From assembly GCA_963827655.1 (NCBI GenBank), contig CAWHCF010000038.1, positions 64,001 to 128,000 of the forward strand: a stretch of 64,000 nt of DNA, written 5' to 3'. This document shows positions 50,268-61,607 of this stretch, in pieces. Origin of the DNA: an uncultured Acidobacteriota bacterium. Lineage in GTDB: Bacteria; Acidobacteriota; UBA6911. The notes beneath the pieces are model-generated. The model saw only the letters and a program-made list of their open reading frames with translations, was not told the origin of the DNA and did not search any database. How positions within the stretch are numbered: position 1 is the first letter of the stretch; each line of letters starts with the position of its first letter. The position numbers and the translations under genes were made by a program.

Positions 50268-52790
50268 TCGAACGTCAGTGACCGGTCGGAACGACGAGGG
50301 ATCGTAGAAGGGTTGTCCCGGGCCGACCCCTCCCAGTTTCGTGATGGGTCCAACCTGATCGGCCGTCTGGGTGTTGCCAGGAGCGTTGAGCGAAGCGCCC
50401 GAAGCAGTCACGTTGAACGGCCTACCCTGAATCGCACTCCAGATCCCGTTAAGTTGCCATCCCTTGATCAGCTGATTGGCCAGACCGCCGCCGTTCTTTC
50501 CAAACGGAAGCTCGGCGACAAATCCGAGCTGAAGCATGTGAGGGATATTGAAACCAGCCTGAGCACGATTGCGGTTCAGGACCGAAGGATGGTTGAACGT
50601 CAGCCCGGTCCAGCCATCATCATCCGCCCAGTTGATCGCTTTCGAATAAGTATAGGCGCCTTTCAGGAATAGGCCTTTGGTGAAAGGCCGGTTGACTGCC
50701 ACCTGCAAGGCGTGGTAGTTCGCGCTCAGCCAGCCGTCCCACTGGAGCGTGGCAGACGTGCGTCCGAACACAGGCGCATAAGGCCGGCCGGAATTACCCT
50801 GACCAGGGCCCGCAGCGTTGAGCTCAAGATCGGCAAACGATCGGGTCGTTTGTGAGCCGACGTACGCGGTCGATACCACGAGATCCAGCGGGAACTTGCG
50901 CTCGAATGACAGGTTCCAGGATTGAATATATCCCCTGTCAATCTGATCCGGGTAAGGGGTCCGCATGTCGACTGTCGGAGGCAGATCAACCAGACCCGTG
51001 TTGAGGTCGGGCCCCGTGAATTCGGGTATCCCCAGGGCGATCGACCGGAAAGGAACGAACGCACTGGGTCCGACAAAATTCTGAGCGACCACGAGGGGAT
51101 AAAAGCCTCGAATCGGACGAGCGAACGGCATAGGGTTGTAGGTGAGACCATAGCCGGTTCGAATCACGGTGCTGTCTCCCAAGCGATAGGCGAGGCCGAA
51201 GCGCGGAGCTAGGAGTTTTTTGCTGGTCTTGATCCCAAGATCCTGGGGGTTTCCACCCCGGTCGCCGAGTTTCACTTTCATTGTGGAAAGGTCGAGCAGC
51301 TCAATGCCGCGGTCCGCGCGATGCATCAAAGGATAGAGCTCGTAGCGCAGCCCGAACGACAGGGTCAGGTTGCGGCTAGCCTGCCAGCGATCGCGGAAGT
51401 ACCAGGCGAACTGCCATTCGCGCCCGGTCATCAGCTCATACTGCAGGCTCTTGTCCATGGAGGCGGGAAGCCCGAGCAGAAAGGCCGCATACGCATTGAA
51501 TTGATTGGGCGAGCGCGCTCCGCCCCGCAGGGCGGTAATGTCACCAGGGAAGACAAACCGTCCCCTGGGCCCGCCGAGTTGCTCCGGCTGCCAGTGATTC
51601 AGCTCGTGCCGGACTAGATCAAAACCCCATCGGTATTCATGCGCGCTCTGAATCCGGGTGAAGTTGACGGTGCCGGTGTAGCTCTTATCATTGCGCTCAG
51701 CCGGCATCCAGTTAAAGGTGTTGCCCAATGACGCATAGCTGGTGATATTAAAGGCAGGCAGGCCGCTTTGCTTCGGATCGCTGCCGTTCGTGCCGGGAAT
51801 GCCGAGCACTTCGAGTCCGAAGTTCTGCCCCAAGTCCGGGGGTGTGCCGGTCTGGTCCATCCGGGTAATTCCGAAGGTCCCATCCACAATCATCCTGGGA
51901 CCCATGGTCCAGGTAGTACCGATGGTTCCTACATAGACCTTGGTATCGCCAACACCGGCGCCGCCATCGCATAAGCAGCCGCCTCCGGCCTGCCCAAGGG
52001 CGTATTCACCGCTGACCTGGGCATCCATCATGCTGAACTTGGCCCAGACCTGGTGGGCGGTGGTGCGGTTCCAGTTTAACTTGACGTCGAAGTTATCCCG
52101 GTTCATGGCCTGGGTAGCCGACCGAGAGTAGTTATTGGTCACGCCGGGAAGATTGGGAAGTGGAACGAGGTCCTGCATCTTACGGGTGATCGGACTGATC
52201 CGGTTCTGGCGGAATAATGTTATTTGGAAACGGGATGCGATCCGGAGCCATCCGGATTTCCGCTCAGCGGGTCGTAAATGATGGTGTCGTAACGTGCTGA
52301 AATCCCCTCGACGCTGATCTTGGGGTTGCAAGCGTGAATCGAGTGTTGAAGCCGCGGGCCACCCGCTCGCGCGTCCCCTCCCAGCCGCCGAAGTAGAAGA
52401 GTTTGTCCTTGACGATCGGCCCGCCCAGCGTAAAGCCGTCGATGTTCTGAATGCTGTTGGGCTTTTTGAGCCCCGCCGGGAGAAAGAAGTTCTTGGCCCG
52501 CACAGCGCTGTTGTCATGCAATGCGAAAAGCGAGCCGTGAAGGTCGTTGGTTCCCGCTTTGGTGACCAGGGTAATGGCCGCTCCCCCTGCCATGCCCTGC
52601 TCGGCATCAAAGTTGTTCGTGCTGATATTCACCGTCTCGATGGTTTCTGCCGGCGCCACGTAGGCGGTGTGGTGCGGCAGAAAGATGAAAACACTGGTCG
52701 AGCCGTCGATGCGAGTATTGTTGTTGTTGCGGTTGGTGCCGTTTACGTTGGTCGTAAGGGCCCGCGCAGGTGTGTCAGTGTTGGCATCTT
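50268..52790 (-). pseudogene. Second TonB-dependent receptor, truncated at both ends and frameshifted
   Basis: Collinear with the 42798-46122 gene from TPARALTTNVNGTNRNNN to FRPVTDVR; signal peptide, N-terminal domain and final barrel strands absent. Confidence 0.8.
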
Positions 52791-52921
52791 GTCAATTTAC
52801 CTGGCCGAAATGTGCCACAGGACTCTCGATCTCTTCAACATCTAAAGAATAAGCTCGCTTGAAGGTCATTCTCGGCATGAAGCCGCTCCCCGGAACCTGT
52901 GCTATCGTATAGACCGCAAAG

Positions 52922-54374
52922 ATGAATCCGAGTCGTCGCATGATTTTCCCCTTGAATCTGCCTCACTGCCGTTTCCGTATGGCGCCTATCATGGGGTTCT
53001 CGTTCGTCCTGACCCTCTATGCCGGCGTGATTCCACCCCTGCCCAAGCTGCCTCTCGAAAGTTTCACATCTCCTATGCGCGAGCAGATTCAGGAGGCATT
53101 TGAGGATGCCGTTCAGAATCCGGAACGGGCGGAAAATAACGGGCGCCTTGGGATGCTTCTCTATGGATACGAGCACTTCCAGTTTGCCGAGACGTGTTTC
53201 GAGCGCGCCCGGGCCTTTGATTCCAACGACAAGCGCTGGGCTTATTACCTGGGGAGGACGCAGGCGGCGCTGGGGAAGCACGATCAGGCGGCTATCTCCT
53301 TGCGAGAAGCGCTGCGCCAAAACCCCGACTATCTTCCCGCAGAGCTGTCCCTGGGCGAATCTCTCCGTGCTGCGGGCCAATTGGACCAGAGCCGAAAAAC
53401 CTACCAGGCGGTTGCAGAGAAGCATCCCGAAGCGGCCGCGGCCTACTACGGGTTGGGCAGAGTTCTGGCCGTCCAGCGTGAGACTGCGCGTGCCATCGAG
53501 TTTTTCCGGAAAGCTTGCGACCTCTTCCCGAGTTTCGGCGCCGCCCATTATGCGCTTGCCCTTGCCTACCGCGATCTAGGCGACCGGGCTAAGGCTCAAG
53601 AACACCTGGCTTTCTATCAAAAGGACAAACTGAGCTGGCCTCCGACGCCGGATCCGCTGCTCAGGGCGATCGACGACCTCAAGACCGGAGCGAGCGTCCA
53701 TCTCAGGAAGGGAGTCCGCCTCGAAGCGGTCGGGCGAGATGCAGGCAGCCGTCGAGGAACACGAACGGGCCCTTGAGGCCGATCCAAAACACGCTCAGGC
53801 TCGTGTCAATCTGATTACGCTGTATGCAAAGCTGGGCCAGACGGAGAAAGCAGAGGAGCATTATCGCGCGCTTCTTGCGATCGACCCGAACCTTGTGGAA
53901 AGCCATTACAACTATGGAGTGATGCTGACCGGGCAACAAAAGTACAAAGAAGCGGCTGAAGCTTATCGCCGGGCTTTGGAGATAAACCCGTACTATGCCG
54001 ATGCGCACAGCAACTATGCCTATCTGCTCATGGTCGAAGGGCGGCTGGATGAAGCCGCGGAGCACTACCGGGCCGCCATCGCAAACAAGCCGAACCACCG
54101 GCTCGCTCACTTCAATCTTGGCCGGATCCTCGTGCATCAGGGAAAGGCCCAGGAAGCAGTCAGTCATTTTCTTCAAACATTGACACCGGAAGACGAAAAC
54201 ACTCCCCGTTACATGTATGGCCTCGGCGCCGCTTACGCGCGCGCCGGCGATCGCAAGAGCGCCTTGAAATACATGCGCGATGCGCGGCAGCGGGCCGTGA
54301 CTCTCGCTCAGTCCGAACTGCTCAAGTCCATAGACAAAGACCTGGCGGTCCTGGAACAGGGGGAGAATCGGTGA
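52922..54374 (+). CDS. TPR protein; frameshift near 53735
   Basis: ORFs 52922-53776 and 53739-54374 carry consecutive TPRs; stop overlaps the next start (GTGA); true start may be 52979. Confidence 0.82.
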
Positions 54375-56200
54375 CCGGAGCCTTTTCTCGCGGCAGCGGG
54401 TTCCAGACTGAGGATTGCGACAGTCGAAAAAGGGCACCGGTAGTCTACTCTCTCCTCGTCATCGCCGGAGTCGGCCTGCAGATCGGTTTCCTGCGGCCTT
54501 CCCCAGCCTACGTGGGGAACGCCGGCGCCCGGGCGCAGGAAAAAACCGCCGCGGCGCCGATCTTCCGCGAAGTGGCCGCTCAAGTGGGACTCAATTTCCG
54601 TCATTTTACGGGAGCTACGGGCGAGTTTTACATGCCCGAAATCATGGGTTCAGGAGTCGCCCTGTTCGATTTTGATGGAGACGGCGACCTGGATGTGTAC
54701 CTGCCCCAGGGTACTCTGGTCGATACGACCAGGCGCCCTGCCGACGCCCTCTTTCCGCCACCCCCCGGTCAGCCGCGTGGCCATCGATTGTTCCGCAATG
54801 ATCTGAATCCTGGCGGAAAGCTTCACTTTGTGGACGTCACCAAGCAAGCGGGGGTCGAGCGCGAAAGTTACGGCATGGGGGGTGCGGTCGGGGACTACGA
54901 TAACGATGGCGATCTCGATCTCTACGTGACCAACTTCGGGTCCAATGTCCTTTATCGCAATAACGGCAATGGCACCTTCGCCGACGTCACGCGGGAAGCG
55001 GGAGTGGATGACGAGCGCTGGAGCTCGAGCGCAGCCTTCCTGGACTACGATCGCGACGGCGATCTCGACCTGTTTGTGGCGAACTACATCGACTTTACCA
55101 TCAAGGGAAACCGCAAATGCTTCGCGGCAACCGGGGAGCGAGACTACTGTACCCCCAGCATCTACCGGCCTGTTCCCAGCCGTCTATTCCGAAACGAAGG
55201 AGCCGGGAAGTTCGCGGACGTCACCGGGACAGCCGGCATCGGGAATGCCTTTGGCCCCGGATTGGGAGTCGTGTGCGCAGATTTCAACGGCGATGGCTGG
55301 CTGGACGTCTATGTCGCCAACGATGGCGCCGCGAACCTGTTATGGATCAACAAAGGGGACGGCACTTTCGAGGAATCGGCTCTCCTCTCCGGGGTCGCGT
55401 ACTCCGCCGACGGAGTGGCCCGGGCGGGCATGGGTGTCGGATGCGGCGACTTCGACAACGATGGCGATGAAGATGTTCTGGTTACGAACCTTCGAAGAGA
55501 AGGGAGTACGCTGTACCGAAACGACGGAAAGGGCCTCTTCCTTGACGCATCGGCCGAATTCGGGCTGGCCCACACCAGCTTTCTTTCGACCGGCTTTGGT
55601 ACCGGTTGGTTCGACTACGACCGCGATGGACGGCTGGACCTGTTTACGGCCAATGGCGCCGTGACGCTGCTCGAGACGCTCAAAGGAACCCCCTACCCGT
55701 TCGCACAACGCAACCAGCTTTTTCATAACGAAGGGGAGAACCGGAAGTTTGTGGAAACCACAGCGGCGGCAGGGCCGGCGCTGGCGCTGGTCGAGGTCGG
55801 ACGGGGAGCGGCCTTCGGCGACATCGATAACGACGGAGATGTCGATATTGTCGTGAGCAACAACAACGGCCCCGTGAGGCTGTTGCGCAACGAAGCCGGC
55901 TCCGGAAATCACTGGCTGGAAGTTCGTCTCGAGGGGATAAAAGATAACCGGAGCGGTCTGGGAGCGCGGGTGGCCGTTCTCCGAAAAGGGATGCCGGCAC
56001 TCTGGCGGCGATGCTCGACCGACGGCAGCTACCTGAGCGCAAGCGACGCCCGCGTCCATTTCGGACTGGGCAAGGTCGCGGCACTCGAGGCCGTGGAAGT
56101 CTACTGGCTCAACGGGGATCGCGAAGTCTGGAGGGACATCAAAGTCGATTCCAGCGTAACCCTCCGCCAGGGCTCCGGGAAACCGGTCACACCGCCGTAA
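54371..56200 (+). CDS. CRTAC1 family protein (FG-GAP plus ASPIC/UnbV)
   Basis: DFDGDGDLD/DYDNDGDLD repeats; NRSGLGARV, GSYLSASD.RVHFGLG. Confidence 0.92.
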   Translation: MTGAFSRGSGFQTEDCDSRKRAPVVYSLLVIAGVGLQIGFLRPSPAYVGNAGARAQEKTAAAPIFREVAAQVGLNFRHFTGATGEFYMPEIMGSGVALFDFDGDGDLDVYLPQGTLVDTTRRPADALFPPPPGQPRGHRLFRNDLNPGGKLHFVDVTKQAGVERESYGMGGAVGDYDNDGDLDLYVTNFGSNVLYRNNGNGTFADVTREAGVDDERWSSSAAFLDYDRDGDLDLFVANYIDFTIKGNRKCFAATGERDYCTPSIYRPVPSRLFRNEGAGKFADVTGTAGIGNAFGPGLGVVCADFNGDGWLDVYVANDGAANLLWINKGDGTFEESALLSGVAYSADGVARAGMGVGCGDFDNDGDEDVLVTNLRREGSTLYRNDGKGLFLDASAEFGLAHTSFLSTGFGTGWFDYDRDGRLDLFTANGAVTLLETLKGTPYPFAQRNQLFHNEGENRKFVETTAAAGPALALVEVGRGAAFGDIDNDGDVDIVVSNNNGPVRLLRNEAGSGNHWLEVRLEGIKDNRSGLGARVAVLRKGMPALWRRCSTDGSYLSASDARVHFGLGKVAALEAVEVYWLNGDREVWRDIKVDSSVTLRQGSGKPVTPP

Positions 56201-56236
56201 CCAGCGAAGACTCGAAGACACCAAGAAACGCCGAAG
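56198..56236 (+). repeat. Octamer-array repeat copy overlapping the TAA stop
   Basis: TAACCA-GCGAAGAC-TCGAAGAC-ACCAAGAAAC-GCCGAAG. Confidence 0.85.
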
Positions 56237-56244
56237 TTTTACTG

Positions 56245-58365
56245 CTACCGCTCGGGCAGGGCGAAGCAGTAGTAGGCATCGCCAGATTTGGTCTCGGGCT
56301 TGCCCCCGCCGCCGGCCGCGATGACGACGTACTGGCGCCCGCGCACCTCGAACGTGGCCGGCGTGGCGTAACCCCCTGCATTCATCTGGTATTGCCAGAG
56401 CACTTGTCCGGTGTCGCTGTCGAAGGCGCGAAAGCGTTCGTCCATCGCGCCGCCGATGAAGACCAGTCCCCCTGCGGTCACGATCGGCCCGCCCATGTTG
56501 AAGGTTCCGGTCGGCGGGTACCCCTTGGCTTCGAGCTGGGGATAGGTTCCCAGCGGTACCTGCCACAGGATCGCTCCCTTGTTGAGGTCGATGGCGCTGA
56601 GGGTTCCCCAAGGGCGCTTGTTTGCCGGGAAACCCTTCGGGTCGCGAAACTCGTTGTGTCCCGTGGCGACATACGGCATGGACTCGAGCGACGGGAGGGT
56701 GTGCGGATCGACCATCTCCTCATCGCCGTCGCGGAATAGAAAGGCGAGAAGCGCTCGTCGTTCACCGCCGGACAAACCCGGGAAGGAAGGCATCAGGCCC
56801 CGCCCAGTCTGCAGCAGCGTCGTCACCTGTTCTCGCGTCAATCGGTCCCTTACGTTTCGTAGCGATTGCGGCCCGCCTCCGGTGGTTGGGCCCTCGGTCG
56901 TGCTGTGGCAGATCGAGCAGTTCGCGTGGAATACCAGGCTGCCCGCGTCACCGAGCCGAAGAGGCCGCCGCGAAGTCGAGGGGACCATCGAGATCCACTC
57001 CGCCTCGTTGCTCGTGTTCACGTAGAAGACCCCCGCCCGCGGGTTGAACGCGCCGCCGCCCCAATCGGTGCCGCCGTTGAACTGCGGCAGCGTCACTGCC
57101 GGATCCAATCCGGGTGGGAGGAACATGTCCCCGGTGCGCATCCCGCGAAGGCGCTCGAGCGCCCATGCGTGCGACTCGGGATCGAGGTCGGTTGCCTCCG
57201 CTGCCGTCAGTCGCTGCTGCGCGTAGGGCGGGGGCTTCACCGGGTAAGGTTGTGTGGGCCAGGTCTGCTCGCCGGGAAGCGTGGATTGCGGGACCGGGCG
57301 TTCCTCAATCGGAAACACCGGCTTCCCGGTCTCCCGCTCCAGGACGAACAGGTGTCCCATTTTCGTTGTCTGGACCAGGGCATCGATCGATCGATTATTG
57401 GGCCGGATCTTGACCAGAACGGGCGGACAGGGGAGATCGTAGTCCCAGAGGTCGTGGTGGACCGCCTGGAAATGCCACTTCAATTTCCCGGTCGCCGCGT
57501 CCAGCGCAAGGATGCAGTTGGCGTAGAGGTTCTTTCCGATGCGGTTGCCGCCGTAATGATCGTATGACGCCGAGCCCGTGCCGCAGAAGACGATCCCCCG
57601 CTTCTCGTCGAGGGTGAATCCCCCCCACGAGTTGGCTCCGCCCACGGTCTTCCAGGCATCGGGCGGCCACGTTTCGTGGCCCGGCTCGCCCGGACGCGGG
57701 ATCGTACGGAAGATCCACCTGCGCGCGCCCGTGCGGACGTCGAACGCTCGGATGTGGCCCGGGGCGGCGGGACTCGGGCCCTCGCCGACCTCGGATCCCA
57801 TGATCAAGAGATCACGGTAAACGATCCCCGGTGTGTTCGATCGAAAGTGAAGGTAGGAAACGTCCTGGTCGAGTCCCTCGCGCATATCAATGGAGCCGTC
57901 CTTGCCGAAGCTCGGCAGCGGCCGTCCCGTGCCGGGGTCGAGCGCGTAGAGGAAAGGCCCGGCGGAAAAGAACAGGCGTCTCTCGCGCCCCTGCTCCCAG
58001 TATGCAAAACCGCGATTGACGCCGGCTCTTGCGGTCGGCGCTACGAACTCCCAGATCTTCTGTCCCGTCGCCGCTTCGAGCGCGAAAACCTTGAGCGAGG
58101 GTGAGGTCAGGTACATCACGTCGCGGATCACGAGCGGATTACACTCGATGGTCGAGAGACGGCCGGCGATTTCCGGGGCGTGGAAGACCCACGCGGGCTG
58201 GAGTTGCCCGACGTTCGAACGGTTGATCTGGCTCAGCTCCGAATACTTGGTGCCGGCGAGGTCTCCGCCGTACACGGGCCACTGACGGGGTGCGACGGTG
58301 GACGCGCCGTAGGCCGCGAGGGAGAGCAGCCAGAGTATTACCCAAGATCGCGTAAGCCGGTTCAT
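56245..58365 (-). CDS. PQQ-dependent dehydrogenase with internal cytochrome c domain
   Basis: ECNPLV, HHDLWDYD, GGTDWGG, CSICH heme motif with GRGLMP axial Met candidate, PWGTLSAIDL; signal peptide. Confidence 0.92.
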   Translation of the reverse strand: MNRLTRSWVILWLLSLAAYGASTVAPRQWPVYGGDLAGTKYSELSQINRSNVGQLQPAWVFHAPEIAGRLSTIECNPLVIRDVMYLTSPSLKVFALEAATGQKIWEFVAPTARAGVNRGFAYWEQGRERRLFFSAGPFLYALDPGTGRPLPSFGKDGSIDMREGLDQDVSYLHFRSNTPGIVYRDLLIMGSEVGEGPSPAAPGHIRAFDVRTGARRWIFRTIPRPGEPGHETWPPDAWKTVGGANSWGGFTLDEKRGIVFCGTGSASYDHYGGNRIGKNLYANCILALDAATGKLKWHFQAVHHDLWDYDLPCPPVLVKIRPNNRSIDALVQTTKMGHLFVLERETGKPVFPIEERPVPQSTLPGEQTWPTQPYPVKPPPYAQQRLTAAEATDLDPESHAWALERLRGMRTGDMFLPPGLDPAVTLPQFNGGTDWGGGAFNPRAGVFYVNTSNEAEWISMVPSTSRRPLRLGDAGSLVFHANCSICHSTTEGPTTGGGPQSLRNVRDRLTREQVTTLLQTGRGLMPSFPGLSGGERRALLAFLFRDGDEEMVDPHTLPSLESMPYVATGHNEFRDPKGFPANKRPWGTLSAIDLNKGAILWQVPLGTYPQLEAKGYPPTGTFNMGGPIVTAGGLVFIGGAMDERFRAFDSDTGQVLWQYQMNAGGYATPATFEVRGRQYVVIAAGGGGKPETKSGDAYYCFALPER

Positions 58366-58410
58366 GTCAGGAATCGGAACAGCAGCGGTGATCAGATGCG
58401 TGCGAACAAG

Positions 58411-58439
58411 ATTTTAGAAAGCGATCAGGGAAGTGTCAA
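58411..58439 (-). promoter_or_regulatory. Sigma70 promoter TTGACA-N17-TAAAAT
   Basis: Consensus -35 (58439-58434), 17-nt spacer, -10 (58416-58411), 45 nt upstream of ATG 58365. Confidence 0.8.
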
Positions 58440-58452
58440 GCAGAGGGACGTA

Positions 58453-58491
58453 GGGAGTCCCGGCACGAGGACAAATCGTGCCGGGACTCCC
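58453..58491. terminator. Perfect 16-bp hairpin downstream of the 58536 gene
   Basis: GGGAGTCCCGGCACGA-GGACAAA-TCGTGCCGGGACTCCC; no U-tract; a GTAG overlaps its 5' edge, so it could be REP-like. Confidence 0.6.
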
Positions 58492-58535
58492 GGAGGCAGG
58501 CAGAGTCAGCCGCGTCCACAGTGAAAGCTTCTCAC

Positions 58536-59428
58536 TCAGGGGACGTTAGGCGCTTTCTCGGGAATGACCGGGACTGCGGTGATCAGGGGTCCGTTCTGTA
58601 CCAGTGCGACGACCACGAATGTCTGACCCGCCGTCGCCCCCTGGAGCACCATCGACCCCCTGAATGTGGTCCGAGCCGGGAGGAATCTCGTGCAGGAAGA
58701 TCGCGATCTGGCCATTTGCTGCAAGGGGTTCAGTTCAGCGGGCGTAATTGCAGCGTCCGCATCGTTCCAGTTCTCGTTCACGGTAGTCAGCCTGAGACTG
58801 ATAGCCGAAGCATTAGGGTTCGCGATGGCAAAGCCGACGAAGCGCGCTGCGGCAAGATCATTGTAGACCGGAATCGTGGCAGCCGAAATGAGGTTGCGAC
58901 GACAGAACACCGGCGGCCGTCGCTAATTGGTTTCCTACTGACTGTTGGAAGGTGGCTACGCCCGCGGCATTTCCGCCAATATTCTCATACCGGGCCCAGC
59001 CAGCCCTCAATGGATCGGTCGCCGAAACTGGATTGGCGATCAGTGTCCGGGTGCCGCCTGAGGGAACCGACACAGCCAGTGCAGAAGTAACCGTCCCATC
59101 GATATTGGCATTGATTGGCACTGCCGTTCGCCCCGGTAATGGTAAGAGTGCCATTGACAGTCGTAGCTCCAGTGTTCACGATCGAAAAGATCGTGTTCCA
59201 GCCTGCGCCCAGGGCCACTTGGCCGAAGTAGAGACTTGTGGTTGTTTCCGCCCCTATCGGACCGGGATCGGTAAGGTTGCTGAATGTAGGCTGCACCGTG
59301 CGCGTGTTTCCCAGGTAAAGTACCTCGTCACTCTGGGCGTACAGCGCGGGCGCCATTACGAAAAGAATCGCGACAAGAATCGCCGATTTTGCAAGTGTGA
59401 TGCTCGTAGGTCCTGAAGTCGAACGCAT
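58536..59428 (-). CDS. Secreted protein homologous to the N-terminal region of the 548 gene; several frameshifts
   Basis: Three ORFs: signal peptide, YFGQVA.G..W.T.FSIVN / AGWAR...AGVLSS / GFAIANP...FRGSM...VVAL...TAVPVI. Confidence 0.65.
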
Positions 59429-59499
59429 GCTAGCTCCCCCTCTTAGAACGGGCTCATCTTAGGAACGTCTGCACAGTATGGCTCAAAGAACCGGGGTGC

Positions 59500-59529
59500 A
59501 TCTTACATCCCACCCCTTGGTCGAGTCAA
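59500..59529 (-). promoter_or_regulatory. Sigma70-type promoter candidate TTGACT-N18-TAAGAT
   Basis: Upstream of ATG 59428, which has an AGGGGGAG RBS. Confidence 0.5.
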
Positions 59530-59534
59530 CCTCA

Positions 59535-59673
59535 TAAGCGCAAAGACGCCAAGACGACAATTTTCTTAGGCGCTTAGCGAAACGTTCAAACCAACATGTT
59601 GTCGTTCAGAAGGGGCCTTCGTTCGGGGCGAAGTCCCCGAACGAACCTTAGCGCCCTGGCGTCTTTGCGGTTG
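59535..59673. repeat. Octamer-array pair containing copy 2 of the ~110-bp dispersed repeat
   Basis: GCGCAAAGACGCCAAGAC ... CTTAG-[element with perfect 11-bp stem TTCGTTCGGGG/CCCCGAACGAA]-CTTAG-CGCCCTGGCGTCTTTGCGGTTG. Confidence 0.9.
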
Positions 59674-59683
59674 AAAAAACAGG

Positions 59684-61527
59684 TTAGGGTTTTGCGGTCA
59701 TCACCCGCCGGAGTTCTTCAATCCGTCCCTTGTAGCGTCCATCCCGGTCATTTGAAGCCAGCAGGCGCAGCTCTTCCTCGGCTTCCGCGAACCGTTTGTC
59801 GCCGACCAGGGCATAGGAGAGAAGATACCTGATCTCGAGAACATCCGGCTTCTCGGATTTCAGATTCTCGAGTAATACCCGGGCCGAGCCGTAGTCTTTC
59901 TGCTGGAGCTGAAGGGTGGCGACGGTCTGCCGCGCCGGCCAGTACTCCGGCTTCAGCCGGATTGTCTCCCGAAACTCAGCCATGGCTTCCGCCAGGTTTC
60001 CCTCAAGGATTGCCAGGTTCCCGAGATTATGATGCGCCTGCCAGTTTGAAGGATCGACCTTCAGGGCTGCGCGATAGTAGCGCCGGGCTGATTCGAATCG
60101 GCCTTCGGTCTGTTCCAGCCACCCCAGGTTGTACATGGCAGGAGCGTGATCGGGACGCAGCTCGAGGGTCCTCAGGAATTCGCTGCGGGCCCGGCCTCGA
60201 TCGACTCCCAGATAGGATACGCCAAGGTTGTAACGAACCCGGGCCTTACCCGGGGCTTTCATCACCGCGTCCGTCCAGAGGCGGACATTGTTCCCCCACA
60301 AGGAAAGTCCGCTTTTTCGATGCTGCGGCGTATCCCACCAGGAGAAAAAGCGCGCAGATCGCAAACGCGGCCTCGCGCCACCTGCTGGTCTTGAGAATGC
60401 TCCCCACGACAGCGATGAGCGCCAGAGCCAGGACAATCGAACCCGTGATCATGGGAAGGTAAAGCCTGTGTTCAAACATCAGATCCGCGCTGGGAATGAG
60501 AGAGGAGGTGGGGGCAAGGAATATAAAAAAGGCCAGAACCAGGAAAGAGGTCGAGGGCGACCAGGTCCGTAGCCTCACCGCCACGGCCAGCACGGTAATC
60601 AGAAGCAGCGCGCAGAACCAGAAATAGCTCGACCGGGGCGAGACGGCCATGAAATCATGGTCCACGGAGAGGCCTGCCGGCCAGAGCACGAGCCGCAAAT
60701 AAGTCACTAGAACGGTCACCTGGCTGGTCAGGTAGCGCAGCGGGCCGCTTTGCAGCAAGCCCACGGTACGATCTCCGATGCTATAGAGGTTGTAGAGAAT
60801 GTAAGCGGCGCCGCCAAGCGAAAGGGCGCCCAGCGCCACAAGAAACCGGCGGACGGCGGGCGAACTCCTGAGGGGCTTGGGTTCTTTCTGGTAGCACCAG
60901 CTATAGGTCAGCAGCACCAGGGGGAGGACCAGGGCGGATTCCTTGCTGGCTGCGGCAAGGATGAAAAGAAGGCCGGCAAGCAGAAGAAAGGGACCTCGAC
61001 GCCGCGGCTCGCTCCGACCAGACGAAGGCGCTGATCGCTGCGATGGTGAAAAAAGCGGCTAGTAGCGTGGAGCGTTGATAGATGTAATTAACGGCGTGGC
61101 TTTGAATCGGGTGCAACGCAAAAATGCCGGCAGCCGTGAACGGCAGCCAGCGCCGGATCATCATGTTCGACAAATCTGATTTGGCCGCACACAGGAGGCG
61201 AACCAGAAGATAGATGCCAAGCGCGTTCGCCAGGTGGACGATCAGGTTAAAGAGGTGATACCCCGCTGGATTCTTTCCCCCCAGCCGGTAATTCATGAAG
61301 AGGCTTAGATAAGTCAGCTGGCGGCTCTGTGAAGGTTTGAGGAGGAAGAGAGGATCGCCGGGTTCGGTCACCTGCGTGCTTGCCAGGAACAGGGCATCGT
61401 CAAAGTGAAACGGGTTTTTCAGGCAACCCCAGTAAGCCCACAGCGTCAGGACCAGGAGCGGCGCGATTTCCGCAGCGCGCCATATCGAGTGCGGATTGTA
61501 GGTTGCAAATTGCCGGTCGGTAGCCAA
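59684..61527 (-). CDS. TMTC-like GT-C membrane glycosyltransferase with C-terminal TPRs; frameshifts near 60990 and 60290
   Basis: FHFDD, GYHLFNL..H..N, FALHPIQ..AV.YI.QR, LSVDH, EHRLYLP, then TPRs. Confidence 0.82.
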
Positions 61528-61550
61528 CGCAGGACTCTTTCTCGGTTCCG

Positions 61551-61600
61551 GTCTTCGCGGTAGACGACAACAGCAGGATCGCCCCGAAGACGCCAGGACA
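61551..61600. repeat. Highly degenerate octamer-array pair
   Basis: GTCTTCGCGGTAG ... CCCGAAGACGCCAGGAC. Confidence 0.4.
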
Positions 61601-61607
61601 ACAGGTT

